DNA from: Thecamonas trahens ATCC 50062 | Lineage: Eukaryota > Protista > Apusomonadida | Assembly: GCF_000142905.1 (NCBI RefSeq) | Contig: NW_013657610.1 | Location: 30,627-94,626 of the forward strand | Length of the DNA stretch: 64,000 bases | Direction of reading: 5' to 3' | Part shown: positions 45,722-56,885 of the stretch, piece after piece | How the letters are laid out: each line of letters begins with the position of its first letter | Position numbering within the stretch: the stretch's first letter is position 1 | Notes under the pieces: generated by a model | Databases searched by the model: none | Told to the model about the DNA's origin: nothing | The model's input: only the letters and a program-made list of their open reading frames with translations | Program-made: the position numbers and the translations under genes

Positions 45722-46600
45722 TCACTCCTCCGCCCGCACAGTCCCGCTCTCGCCGATGTCGGCCTCGCCCTCGGCCGCCAATGCCACATCAAAGGCCTTG
45801 GCGAACATGGCTACGCCGCGCGGACAGATGTCCACCAGCCGGATGTTCCACACATGCCGACTAGTGCCATTCTCCCTCCGCCGCGCCAGCCACCTCATCA
45901 CCGCCTCGACCACCGCCGTCCGCGCCGCCATCTGTTCTGCAGCCTTGATCTTGCTCGTCGCGCTGTAGTGGGTGAAGATCCCGCCCGAGATGGCCGGCAC
46001 CGCCACAGACGCCATCATCACAGACTCGCCACCCGGAGCAAGACCATCATCTCTCACTTCGACCCCAACATCCTCCTCAACCGTATCTGGACGATCCCCA
46101 TCGCCCGCCGGCCCGGCCCGACCACTTTGCGAGCGGACAGAATCCAGGGCGGCAACGACGCGCTCTGCGGCCGTTAGAGCACGACGGACGGTGCGCCGGA
46201 TGCGCGGGACAACCTTGGCAAAGGTGGCTCTTGCCACGGGCCAGTCTGTCCAGATGGGACCGACGGCATGGACGACGTACCGCACACCACGGACAGCAAG
46301 ACCTCCCTCAGCCAGCTGGACTCCGGCCTGAGTCGATGGCACGCTGACGCCTGACCTCTCCTCGCCATCGTCACGCCACCATTGCTTGATCTTCCTCGTC
46401 ACGTCCACCGGATGGCTGGCTCGTCTCAGTGCACCCGATACGCCGCAGTCCATGGCCGTAAACGAGAGCGAGTTAGCCGCGTTGATCACCACATCGACCT
46501 CCTCCTCGGCAATGTCGCCTGCCACAACCTCCACCACACTCCCGCACGCCATCGTCGCCGTTCGCACAACACGTCGCCGCTGCTTTCGCCGTGACGCCAT
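45722..46600 (-). CDS. Stand-alone MacroD-type macrodomain protein (ADP-ribose binding/hydrolase)
   Basis: VVAGDIA..VDVVINAANS..CGVSGAL, VVHAVGPIW, SVAVPAISGGIF. Confidence 0.92.
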   Translation of the reverse strand: MASRRKQRRRVVRTATMACGSVVEVVAGDIAEEEVDVVINAANSLSFTAMDCGVSGALRRASHPVDVTRKIKQWWRDDGEERSGVSVPSTQAGVQLAEGGLAVRGVRYVVHAVGPIWTDWPVARATFAKVVPRIRRTVRRALTAAERVVAALDSVRSQSGRAGPAGDGDRPDTVEEDVGVEVRDDGLAPGGESVMMASVAVPAISGGIFTHYSATSKIKAAEQMAARTAVVEAVMRWLARRRENGTSRHVWNIRLVDICPRGVAMFAKAFDVALAAEGEADIGESGTVRAEE

Positions 46601-46789
46601 TTGATCCGATCCAATCCAATCCGATCTGTTCTGATCTGTCCCGTTCTGTTCCGTCCTGTTCCGTTTGCCGCCTCTCCGATCTACCGCGTCAGCAGCCGGA
46701 GATTGAGAGACGTGTCCGACCGCCCGACCGCCCGATCGCCCGCCCGATCGCCACTACCTTGGAGACAACACAGCTGCTGTCGCCCATCA

Positions 46790-49700
46790 CTACTCGAGCT
46801 TCATTTTCTCCTCCTCCTGCTCCTTTGCCCGTGCCCGTGCCCGATCCCGGACCCGCTCTCTTGCCCGGACTCGCGCCTCGCGTGCCCGCGCCGCCGCGGC
46901 CTGGCTCTGCTCACGGGTTAGCTCGGCCATGGCCGCCATCTCGCCCTTGGTTCGCGCGATGAGTGCTTCAGGCGACCGATACAGCTCGACAAGCTCGCCA
47001 TAGAGATCTTCCTCCAGCCGCAGGCCAGCTTTGCTCTGGCGCGCCACAGCCATGTCGCGGCAGAGCGTGAGAATCGGGTCCGGGTTCGGCTCGAGGTGGT
47101 TGAACATGATCGAGTGGGCCACGCCCGAGACGTACGACCGCAGCATCCGCCCGATGGCGAGCACAACGCCGACGTAGACTCCGATGAGCCCGCCGAGCAC
47201 CGCAAGCACCGTGTCCGGCAACTCGTTCGAGTATACAAAGATCATCGGCCGCGCCCCACTCCCGCGCACCGCGTCCCACATCCCGGCCTCGCTCCGCTGG
47301 CTCACAAACCACTGCACGCTTCCGTCGCTCAGCGAGAGCGCCCCGATCTCCAGCGGAATGGTCGTCGCCCCGCTCCCGCTCAGCGGACTCGCCGGCGCGC
47401 CGAGCACCACTATCCGGGGCAGCACTTTGGTGAGCCCGATCCCAAGCCCGGTCACGTTCCATCCGGCCTCCAGCAGACTATCGGTGCTGAGACCGGCGCC
47501 ACGGCTCGCGTTGCCTAGCATCATCCCGAGCTCCCCGGCCTCGGCCTGACTCAGCTCGCGGCCGTAGTTGGCGGCGACGACCCGATGCTCCTGCTCCTTC
47601 ACCCGCTCGACTCGCATTCGCACCACCAGCCGCGCCACCCGCTCACCGCGCCCGGCCGCTGCAAGATCCGCCGCCGCCTGCGCTGCCAACGCCCGCGGCA
47701 CAGGCCAGGCCCGCTGCGAGATGACCGGCAGCGAGGCCACCTGGACCGCATCCTTGCGAAAGAGCGACTCGGAGAGCAGGCCGGACGATGCCTCTACTGT
47801 CCGGGTAAAGTTTGTGGCTCCGCCCACCAGAGGTTGCACCTCGCGGACAACAGCCAGATCGCCTGTCTCCGTCGACACCATCGCCTCGTACAGCGGCGCC
47901 AGCGCGTCGAGCTGGATGCTCACCGTGACTCGCTCCACAGGATTGGCCGCCAGCGCAGGATTCGCTGATGAGAAGATGAACAGCGGGAGCCAGAGAATGA
48001 TGACCATGAAGACGAGCAGGACGCAGCCAGTAGAGAGCTTGACCGCCGCAGGCCGCGCTTCGCCGCGCGATCGCTCAGTGGCGGCCTCGGAGAGCAGCCG
48101 GCACTTGACGAGAAAGACCGATGAGAACACGTCCTCGACCTGGAGCCATTGGTAGAAGAGCAGTGTCGTCGGCGTGCACATCCAGTCGAGAAGGACCCGC
48201 AGCTCGTACACAAACGGCAGGGCGAGGTAGGCCGAGAACACATACCCGCCCATCTTCGAGGCCTTTTGGGTCAGCGCCTGCCCCGAGGTGTATCGTGGGA
48301 AGCCGCAACGGATCTGGATGGCCACGAGGACCAGCGATACCATCCGCAGGATGTAGAAGACCACCAGCGCGCCCGAGGCCGTAAACGGCTTGGCCGTTGT
48401 CTGCGGGACGTAGAGAAAGAGGAAGACGTGGAGGCCGATGGTCACTCCGCACGCATACACCAGCGCGCCCGTCAGCCATTGCTTGAGATACACGGCCCGA
48501 TAGGCGAGAATGAGGATGAACTGCGCGAGAAGCACAACGATAAAGGTGACAGGAATCTGGTTGGCGAAGAGGAACTGCACAAAGTTGGTCGACTTCCCGT
48601 CGTCCTTGCGGAACGCGCCCCAGATAAAGATGGTGAAGACAAACGAGGCCAGATCCGTCCCAAACGTTGCCATATACGTATCCACCTCGGCCGCCTTTTC
48701 CGCATACACGCCCTCGACAAATCCCATGATCTGGCTCTTGATCTCCGCCACCATCGCCTTGATCTGCGCCACCTTGCCCGAGCCCGAGCCCGAGTCCGAG
48801 CCCGAGCCCGAGCCCGAGTCCGAGCCCGAGCCCGAGTCACTCGCCTCTTCCTGCTCCTCCACTCCTCCCTCTTCCTCTCTCTCGTCCTCCTCCTTGTCAA
48901 GCCCCTTCCGCCGGATGATCCACATGTGGATGTACAGCACAACAAGGACGACGAGATCGATGGCGACGTGAGCGAGAAAGACCGTCTCGTTCGACTTGAC
49001 CACTCCGATGACCCACGGGAGCGAGAGCCGCTTGCTGTACGATGAGGCGATGAGGGGCGGACACGAGGTGTCTGCGGTGTTGAACGCGTACCCGATCCGG
49101 GTCGACGTTGACTCGACGTCGCGGAAGACCTTGATGCAGAAGAGCGGGAGCTGGAACACGAGCTTGATCATGATCATCGCCTCCACGTACCGCGACATGC
49201 CCACAAGGTAAGCCAGCGATGGCTCTGGGTAGCGCACAAGGCCCACCAAGACCAGCGAGATGGGAAGGACCGACGAGAGAATCGAGGCTCCGAGAAGGTG
49301 CGCGAGGACCATGGCCAGCGCCACGCCCACCATCGTCGAGTGGTAGGCCAGCCGCTGAGCCGCGAAGAGGGCAATGGCAACCGTCGATGCCCGCGGCAGC
49401 TTGGCCTCCACCGCCTCCAGCCGCCCACGGACACGCGCGCTCATGTTGTAGTACGGATCGTTGTTGTACGCGTACAGCGCCGCCGCCACCACACGCTCCC
49501 ACCGTAGCAGGACGGCCGATGCGGCGCCATCAGCCAAGCTTGCCTCCAACGCGTCCTCGGCCTCATCCATTGCCGCCAGCTTTCCCAGAAGCGCCTGCCG
49601 CTCTGCCGCAAGCATCACAACCTGCGGCGCCAACGGCGCGACCTTGCCCTCGGCTCGCATCGCGCCCAGCAGCGCCGCATCGGCCTCGGTGGCAAACTGG

Positions 49701-51902
49701 GTGTGCTCGGTCAGCATCGCCCGCCGCACCTTCTCGGTCTCGTACATCTCGCTGTCCACCGCCCACAGTGCCCACTTGATCACCCGCGCTCCGCCGGCCC
49801 CTGCCTTGTCACGCCCGGAGCTTACCACCGCCATCGCCGCTCGCTGCACACTCGCCAGCGCGTCCTTGATCTTGACTATGAGCGGCTTGGACTCGGACTC
49901 GGACTCGGACTCGGACTCGGAGTCCGAGTCCGAGTCCGAGTCGAGCGAATGCGGCGACGACGACAGCGCCTTCTTGTCCACCGCCACATCGACATCGTCC
50001 ATGGCGACGGCGTCTCCGCCGCCGTCGTCAACCTCGCCAGGCGGCGAGGCGAGCGAGACTCCACGCGATCGGGCGACAGCCTCGAGATGAGCGGCGGCAG
50101 AGTCGACGTCAAACAGGGCCTTGCGATGCTTGCGCTGCTCGCGTAGCTGAGCAGTGCGTTCGCGGCGGATGATGTCCTCGCGGGCGCGCGCAGCTGCAAC
50201 CTCTTCCTCGGCCGCCCGGCGCTGGGCCCGCACGTAGGCGGCCTTGATCTTGGCGTGGCGGAGTGCGGCGAGGTTGCGGGCGTGGAAGATCTCGTACCGG
50301 GCCGAGGTAAAGGCGACGGCCTGGACGTGGACGAGGAGAAAGATGATGATGTCGAGGCCGAGGCCAACCGATGAGAAGAGCTTCGAGTAGGGGAGCTTGA
50401 ACAAGCCGATGTTGGCCTGGACGACCGGCGCTACGTCGTGCGGGACAAGCGGGAACTGGAAGACGATCTTGGCAAAGATGACCACAAAGTTGTAGAGCTG
50501 GAGGAGGCCCCAGAGCTTGCGACGGCGCGGAAGGATCGAGTCCGCTAGCCGTAGGTACTTGAGCGCAATGGCAAAGTAGCCCATCGAGAGCAAGGTGATC
50601 TCCTCGCGCCCGGCCACAGCCACCAGGATTGCTAGCAGGACGACCCGATACGAGTGCCGGAGCACTGCGTCGGTTGCTGCCGACGCCGTCATGGCCAACG
50701 CTGCCTTGTTCTCGGCGGCCGGCGATCCAACGGCTGACTCTACCGCATCGGCCCCGGCAACCTCGCTGGCCACCTCTTCGTCGGCCGCGGCGTCCTCGGC
50801 GGACAGACCGGTCTGTGACGGAATGGCAAACGCAGCGGCCACCACAAGCGCGTCGAGGACGAGGAACCAGCGATTGGTCATGAGGAGGCCGAGCCACTCG
50901 GCGAGCGACGCATCCCATCCGACCCGGAGACCCGGCCGCCGAGCCGTCTCGCACCCGCCGCCGGCCGCATCGGGCTTGCACAGGCACGAGCCGAGCGGCG
51001 AGCACACGCCTGAGCCACAGATCGAGCCCAGATCATGGTCGCACCGGACCCGCCCGCGCCCGCCCACCACCATGGCGTACTGCCAGCCCATCGCCGCCGC
51101 CACCACCGCCCGCAGCACCATCCGCCGCCGGCTTGCCTTTTCTCGCGTGCTCACCACAAGCACTGCCGCGAGAACGAGGTAGCCCAGGCCGATAGCGTTG
51201 GCCTTGATCACCGCCGCGCCCGCAAGCATGCAGATGAGCACATCGCGCGCATACCGCCTTGGTCGAGAGCTCACCACCCATCGCCACCCCTCGGCCACTC
51301 TCGCCTTGGTCGTACTCCACCACGACTGCAGCCGAGTCTGCGATGACGACGACTTTGGCGACGATGCCGATGATGCCGATGATGCCGATGATGCCGATGA
51401 GCCAGAACCTGAGCCAGGCACAGCACCGACTCCAGCGGCAGACCACACAGACGGCCCCGGCGACATGGCCACGACCATCGTCATGACCACGACCATCGTC
51501 ATGACCACGACCATTGTCATGACCACGACCATCGTCATGACCACGACCATCGTCATGACCACGACCATCGTCATGACCACGACCATCGTCATGACCACGA
51601 CCATTGCCATGGCCACGACCACCGCCATCGGCATCGGCATCTTGCCACCTCGCCGACCACGACAACGACAGCGCCGAGTAGAAGGACTCATCCCCCGCAC
51701 CAGATGCAGAGCCAGCAACATCTCTTCCTCCAGCGCCAGCGCCAGCGCCAACGCCAACGCCAGCGCCAGCGCCAGCGCCATCGCCATCGGGATCACTGCT
51801 CGTCCGACTTTGGCCATGATCTGCTGCTCCTCCTCGGCCACCATCATCAGCTCGGCTCGAGTCCGAGGCCAAGCCCGACGAGCTCGAGGACCAGTCGCTC
51901 AT
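46790..51902 (-). CDS. PIEZO: Piezo-family mechanosensitive channel, short-blade form; probable start 51902 with a one-base frameshift near 51457
   Basis: Anchor LPFVYELRVLLDWMCTPTTL..QW..VEDV, outer helix ILWLPLFIFS, cap NPV, inner helix GLIGVYVGVVLAIGRMLR, CTD LEEDLYGELVELYRSPE. THU7-9 motifs SMGY..YNF, ASILS.VLP, VDTY..NQIP. Confidence 0.93.
51470..51620. repeat. 18-bp tandem repeat x~8 (catcgtcatgaccacgac; reads GRGHDD in the likely coding frame)
   Basis: Seen directly. Confidence 0.93.
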
Positions 51903-52195
51903 GCCGCACCTTGCTGGTCTTCCGGACAGTCTGCCTGTCTGTCACTCGCGTGCTCGCTCTCTGCCACCCGCAGTGCCGGCGAGGAGTACCGAGAGCTGTC
52001 GGTTGCTCCTGCTCTCTTCTGTCCAGCTTCTTGTTGTGTGCCGAGCTGCAGCGAGCGGGCAAGGTGCGGATCGTGGAGCGGATCAACCAGACCTGATCCA
52101 GGTATTCTGTGTAACACTAATTTTATGTGGCGCACCCCCACCCGCGGACACGCATGAAGGTTGCCGGCGGTGGCGGGCCGATCTCGGGCATGTGG

Positions 52196-53671
52196 CTACT
52201 CTCGAATGGAGAACTCGGTTCGCTCCTTGCCGCCGGTGGCCGGAGTTGACTGGAGGAAGCCGATGAGGGCGTTGAGGACAAAGTCGGGCCAGCGGTAGAG
52301 GTCGCGCTCGACAGGGACAAAGATGCCGTGGCCGGCCTGCGCAGCGGCAAAGACGGAGACCACATCGCCGGCGGCAACATCCTCCCCGCTAAGGTAGCGC
52401 GAGAAGAGGCGGGCCTGAAAGGCGGCCACCTCGGGCCCCGAGACAAAGAGGCCGAGCTCCGAGTCAGTCGGCTCGGACGAGAGCGAGCGGTCCGAGAGGT
52501 TTGACGAGGAGCGGATGAGGTGCTGCGAGTCGACGACGATCATATTCGAGTGGACCTTGACCAGGACAGAGTCGTGCTCGAGGAAGCCGACAAAGACATG
52601 CTGGTAGAGCTGCTCAGTGGAGACGCCTGCGGCGGCCACGGTCCGCTCCAGATGGCGGAGGCTCCAGACGAGCGACGACGAGCAGTAGAGGCGGGTGACA
52701 AAGGACGGCTCGTCCTGCTGGGCCATGTTGGTGAGGATGACGACGCGGAAGGCGTCGTCGCCCTCCTCCACGGCGCGCACCACCCGCGCGGCGATGGCGC
52801 CCACGATGCCGTTCTGCGAGGACTCGCCAGACATAAAGGCCTGGTTCTCGAGGTGGATGGACGACTTGGCGCCTTCGATGAGCTCGCGCATGAGCTGGGC
52901 CTCGGTGGCGTGCGCCACCAGTGGGAGCGGCGGCACACGCTGGGTGCTCACCTTGCCGCTGGTGTTGGACGAGAACCATGAGGCCATGGCCGCCTTGGTC
53001 TGTGAGCCGTTCCGGGCGTGGATGACGGCGCCTAGCTCGTGCCAGTAGTAGCCGAGCTCGTTGACCTCGAGCCAGCCGGCCCGCTCGGTGTTCATGTCGC
53101 AACCGGTGACCATGACCCACTCGGCCGAGTCGATGGCCACGTACTTCTGGTGGTGGTACGACCAGCTCTCGTTGTTGGAAAAGTAGAGCATCCATGGGGC
53201 AGGCCCCAGCGAGCCGCGGAGGCACACAATCTCCACGGGCGCCATCGCAGCCTTGAACTCAGCCACCGACAGGTTGCCGTAGCACGAGGCAGGATTGTAA
53301 GCCATCCGCACCTCGACACCGCGCTCGGCAGCCGCCACCAGCACGTCCCGCACAGTCGGGTCGTTGTCAGAGTACTCAACCTTGCCGGTCATCGGCTCGC
53401 CGTTGGGCCCGCCGCTCCACTGCGGCAGCCGCACAAACGGGTCGCAGATGAACGTCGAGTACTCGATCTTCTCCTTCGCCTGCTCCACCAGCCACCGCAC
53501 GCTCGCCTTGCACTCGTCAAAGTCTGCCAGGAGCCTCACCTCTTCACGATCATCGGCTAGCGCAAGCGCAGCCTCACGCCTCCTCGCCACATCCCCGAGC
53601 GACGACGACGATGCAGACGCCGTCAGCGTCTGCGACGACGACTGCGACGACGACGACGAGCTACTTGCCAT
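52196..53671 (-). CDS. Compact phospholipase D-family protein with a degenerate second HKD motif
   Basis: AAERGVEVR, HHQKYVAID, IHLENQAFMS, VHSNMIVVD..SSNLSDRSL..DSELG. Confidence 0.88.
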   Translation of the reverse strand: MASSSSSSSQSSSQTLTASASSSSLGDVARRREAALALADDREEVRLLADFDECKASVRWLVEQAKEKIEYSTFICDPFVRLPQWSGGPNGEPMTGKVEYSDNDPTVRDVLVAAAERGVEVRMAYNPASCYGNLSVAEFKAAMAPVEIVCLRGSLGPAPWMLYFSNNESWSYHHQKYVAIDSAEWVMVTGCDMNTERAGWLEVNELGYYWHELGAVIHARNGSQTKAAMASWFSSNTSGKVSTQRVPPLPLVAHATEAQLMRELIEGAKSSIHLENQAFMSGESSQNGIVGAIAARVVRAVEEGDDAFRVVILTNMAQQDEPSFVTRLYCSSSLVWSLRHLERTVAAAGVSTEQLYQHVFVGFLEHDSVLVKVHSNMIVVDSQHLIRSSSNLSDRSLSSEPTDSELGLFVSGPEVAAFQARLFSRYLSGEDVAAGDVVSVFAAAQAGHGIFVPVERDLYRWPDFVLNALIGFLQSTPATGGKERTEFSIRE

Positions 53672-54641
53672 CTTTCAGCAAGTGCTCGACGATAAATGTG
53701 TGTAAAGGGACCAAGCTGGTGACCTCAGGTGTCGGTACGATTAAACAACGTTCAAAAGATCGTTGCCTTGCCGCCAAAAACCAAAGGCTTTTGATGACGT
53801 GCGCCGTTTGTTCGGCACTTGCAGCGGGCGCGGGTGTGCGAGTTGGAGAGGGCGAGATTACACGCCTATTCGATCTAAACTCGGAGGCAATGCTGCACAT
53901 AGTACCATATACCTTCCATGTGAGTGATATCTCTCTAACTTGCCGCATTCTCTATACCTGCCCCTGGCTGGCTCCGGGACATGTCGCGTGACCGGCCGCC
54001 CATCCCGCGCATCGCCGACCATTCACTCTTCGTCAGCGCCACCCACCACCTTTCCGGCTCACAGAGGAGGGATATGCCCGCCTCTCACGCCAACAAAGGC
54101 CACCAGTTGCCCTTCCACCATCCTCTCTTCCACCTCAGCTGCTTTTTCCGCTTCGCTTCCGACCACCGTACCTGTTGTGGGTCACCTGTCGACACGTGTA
54201 GCGTGACCAGGGAGTGATGAACGACTTGCCTTCGCGAACAATCAACTTTAGTTGACGATATCGATTCCACCGCGTCGCTCTCCGACGCTTTACCATTCTT
54301 TCTCCTTTTGTTAATCGTTGGTCAACGCGGAGAATCGGAAGCTCATTTTCGCCGCCATCCCGCCGCTCGCCGAAACGGAGATTTGGCATGTGACTGACGC
54401 GCTGCTGTGCCGCTAACGCGCTGCTGTGCCGCTGACGCATTGCTGACGTGACGATGGTGATGAATGGTGATGGTGATCCGCTGTTGAAGACCGATCGAGT
54501 GGGGGATGGACGGCGGTGGTGGTGGCGGCGCCGATGGCTATCATTTAGTTGGGCGAGCGCGTGGGAAGCGTGCAGGCATGCGACGGGGCAGAGCCGCACG
54601 TGCGAGTGCTGGTCACCAGAGCTGGGCGCTAGAGCTGGGCG

Positions 54642-55887
54642 CTAGAGCAGGGCGCGCTTCTTGGTTGGCGGGCCGGCCGAGTCGGCAACGTTGGCAAGGA
54701 CGTCTTCGAGCTCGGTGATCGAGTACCAGCCCTCGCGGACGACCGGACCGCGGAGGAAGGGCGAGCCGGGCTCGCGGATGGTGAACAGGTAGCGATCGCC
54801 GTGGATGGGGTCGGTGTGAGCGCCCTTGAGCGTGTCAAACTCGACGGGGATGGTCCGCCCGTCGGCCGTCCGCAGCTCGAGATCGCGGAGGTCCATGACG
54901 TGCGGCATGCGGATGATGCCATTCAAGGATGCCAGGTCGCGCTTGCGGCTTGGCTGCGACGACGATGCGGCCAAGCCCAGTCCTGGCCGGCTGACCAGCT
55001 CAAGTGCCGGCGGCGGCGATGGCGGCGGCGGCGGCGAGGGGGAGTGTGGCGGCGACGGTGAAGCCAGTTGAGCGGCGGTGGCGGCGGTGGCGGCGACGGT
55101 GGCAGCGGCGCCACTCGCGTTAGCCTCGAGGGTGAGGCTGACCATTTTGCTCAGCTCGCCACTGTTGACGTGGTACCAGCCCGAGTGGAGGAGGGTGCCG
55201 TTGTAGCGGATCTGGGTGTAGACCATGTCGTCGGCGTCTGGATGGATGCCACGCCTGCGCATAACTGCCAGAGTCACACCATCGCGACTGAGCTGCTTGA
55301 CCTTGGCCACCATCTCGTCGGTCACCTCTCTCCGGTGGGGGGCTGGCACCAGCTTTGCCTTCGCAGCCCGGGCCAGGGCCAGGATCGACGGATCGTCGAC
55401 ATCTTCGGCCTCGACACGACCAAAGGCCCCCGACGGATCATCAGTCGTCGGCTCGTAGCCAAGCGAGTGACGAGCACTAGCTCCTCCCCGCTCTGCCCCG
55501 CTCTGCCCTGGCCAGCTCTGCCGACGCAACTCGTCGGAAGCTGCGTGTTTTTGGCTTGCTGACAACGGAGAAATCGCGATCAAGGATGACAGCATCCAGA
55601 GCATGATCAATGAGTTGACCATGAGCAATGCGATGAGCAAGAGCATTGGCCTCGGCCAATGAGAGCCAACCTGAGAAGCAGGAGGTCGAGTTGCCACGAG
55701 AGAAGAACTGCCAGTAAACGAGGTCCGAGTTGATGGGATGACGACGATTTCTCCATGTCACATACGCACGAATGCAATCCGATGAACCCTTGGCCACCAC
55801 ATGTGCTATCTCTTCCTTATTCAAAGCAATGCGATCAGCATGTTTCACACCACGGCCTTGTTTGACTCTCGCTCGCACCACCTCCAT
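54642..55887 (-). CDS. Hypothetical protein (~414 aa) with three internal ~55-aa repeats; one apparent frameshift near 55497
   Basis: The 3' part of ORF 55477-56178 (from ATG 55887) joins ORF 54642-55697 by removing one G (giving AERAERGGAS). Both halves carry the same HP..D.VY.Q....G...SGW motif. Confidence 0.65.
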
Positions 55888-55919
55888 GTCACGTAGGTCA
55901 CAGCCAAAGTGAAGGGGAA

Positions 55920-56850
55920 AGGGGTTGACCTTGTTTGGGTGGGGGAGGGTGTTACGGCTGGTTGTGGTGGTGGTTGTGGTGGTGGTGGTGGTGGTGGGGG
56001 GGGGGGTGAGGGGGGTGAGTGTGGTGGTTGTGGGGATGGCTATGGTGGTGGTGGTGGTGGTGGTTGGTTGGTGGTTGGTGGTGGCTGGTTGGCTGCTCGA
56101 CGGATTGGATGGCTCTTTTTTGGTGATTGCAATGATGGTTATTTTGGGGTGGAATGGGAGGGGGAGGGGGGATAGCATTGGATGGGATGGGATGAGGGGG
56201 AGGGGATGATGAGCATGGTTGCCGAGTTTGGTAAGGGGGAGGGGGAGGATGGGAAGGATGGGAAGGATGGGGAGGATGGGAAGGGGGGTATGAAGAGTGG
56301 TGGTGTCGTGGTGAGGGGGCTGACAATGCAGATGGGAGATGGGGATGGGGATGGGAGGGGAGGGGGGAGGGGGCGATGAGTGAGATCAGATTGTAGGTGC
56401 GTGTGTGTGATTTGTCTGTGCGTGTGTGCGTGTGTGTGTGTGTGTGTGTGATTTGTGTGTGTGTGTGTGTGTGATCTGCGCGTGGCTGGAGTAGACACCC
56501 TTCCTCTTCCTTGATCCGTCGATGATCACATAATATCATCGCCTGAAATACCTCCCTCCTCTCGCCAATACCAGCCCCAGGTACGAACAACAAGCAGCAC
56601 AGCCATCCGTAGCCCCATCCATCCGTAGCCCCATCCATCCGTAGCCCCATCCATCCGTAGCCCCATCCCCACCATCTCCCCATCCCCTCTCCCACCACCA
56701 CCACTGATCATATTCCCAGCCATTGATAGGCAACCATTAATTGTTCGTTTCTGGTTAGGTGTGTTTGGGCGGGAAGTGAGTTGGTGCCCCTCCTCCCCCT
56801 CTCCCCCTCCCCCCCCTCCCCCTCCCCCCCCCCCCTCCCCCCTCCCAGCA
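55920..56850. repeat. Low-complexity divergent intergenic region: G-runs, (GGT)n, (TG)n, a 16-bp repeat (56605-56668), then C-runs
   Basis: Seen directly; G-rich on the left and C-rich on the right. Confidence 0.9.
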
Positions 56851-56885
56851 GCAATACCCAACGCCATTGCCTCCGCACGGAACAA

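Noticed and set aside
51470-51847. MALALALA/VVMTM segments as Piezo TM helices
   Set aside because: They are alternate-frame readings of tandem repeats; the GAGA/GRGHDD frame from ATG 51902 is more plausible.
55540-55697. Signal/TM N-terminus (MLLLIALLMVNSLIMLWML) of ORF 54642-55697
   Set aside because: The overlapping frame carries the repeated motif and is the more likely coding frame, so the hydrophobic run is probably a frame shadow.
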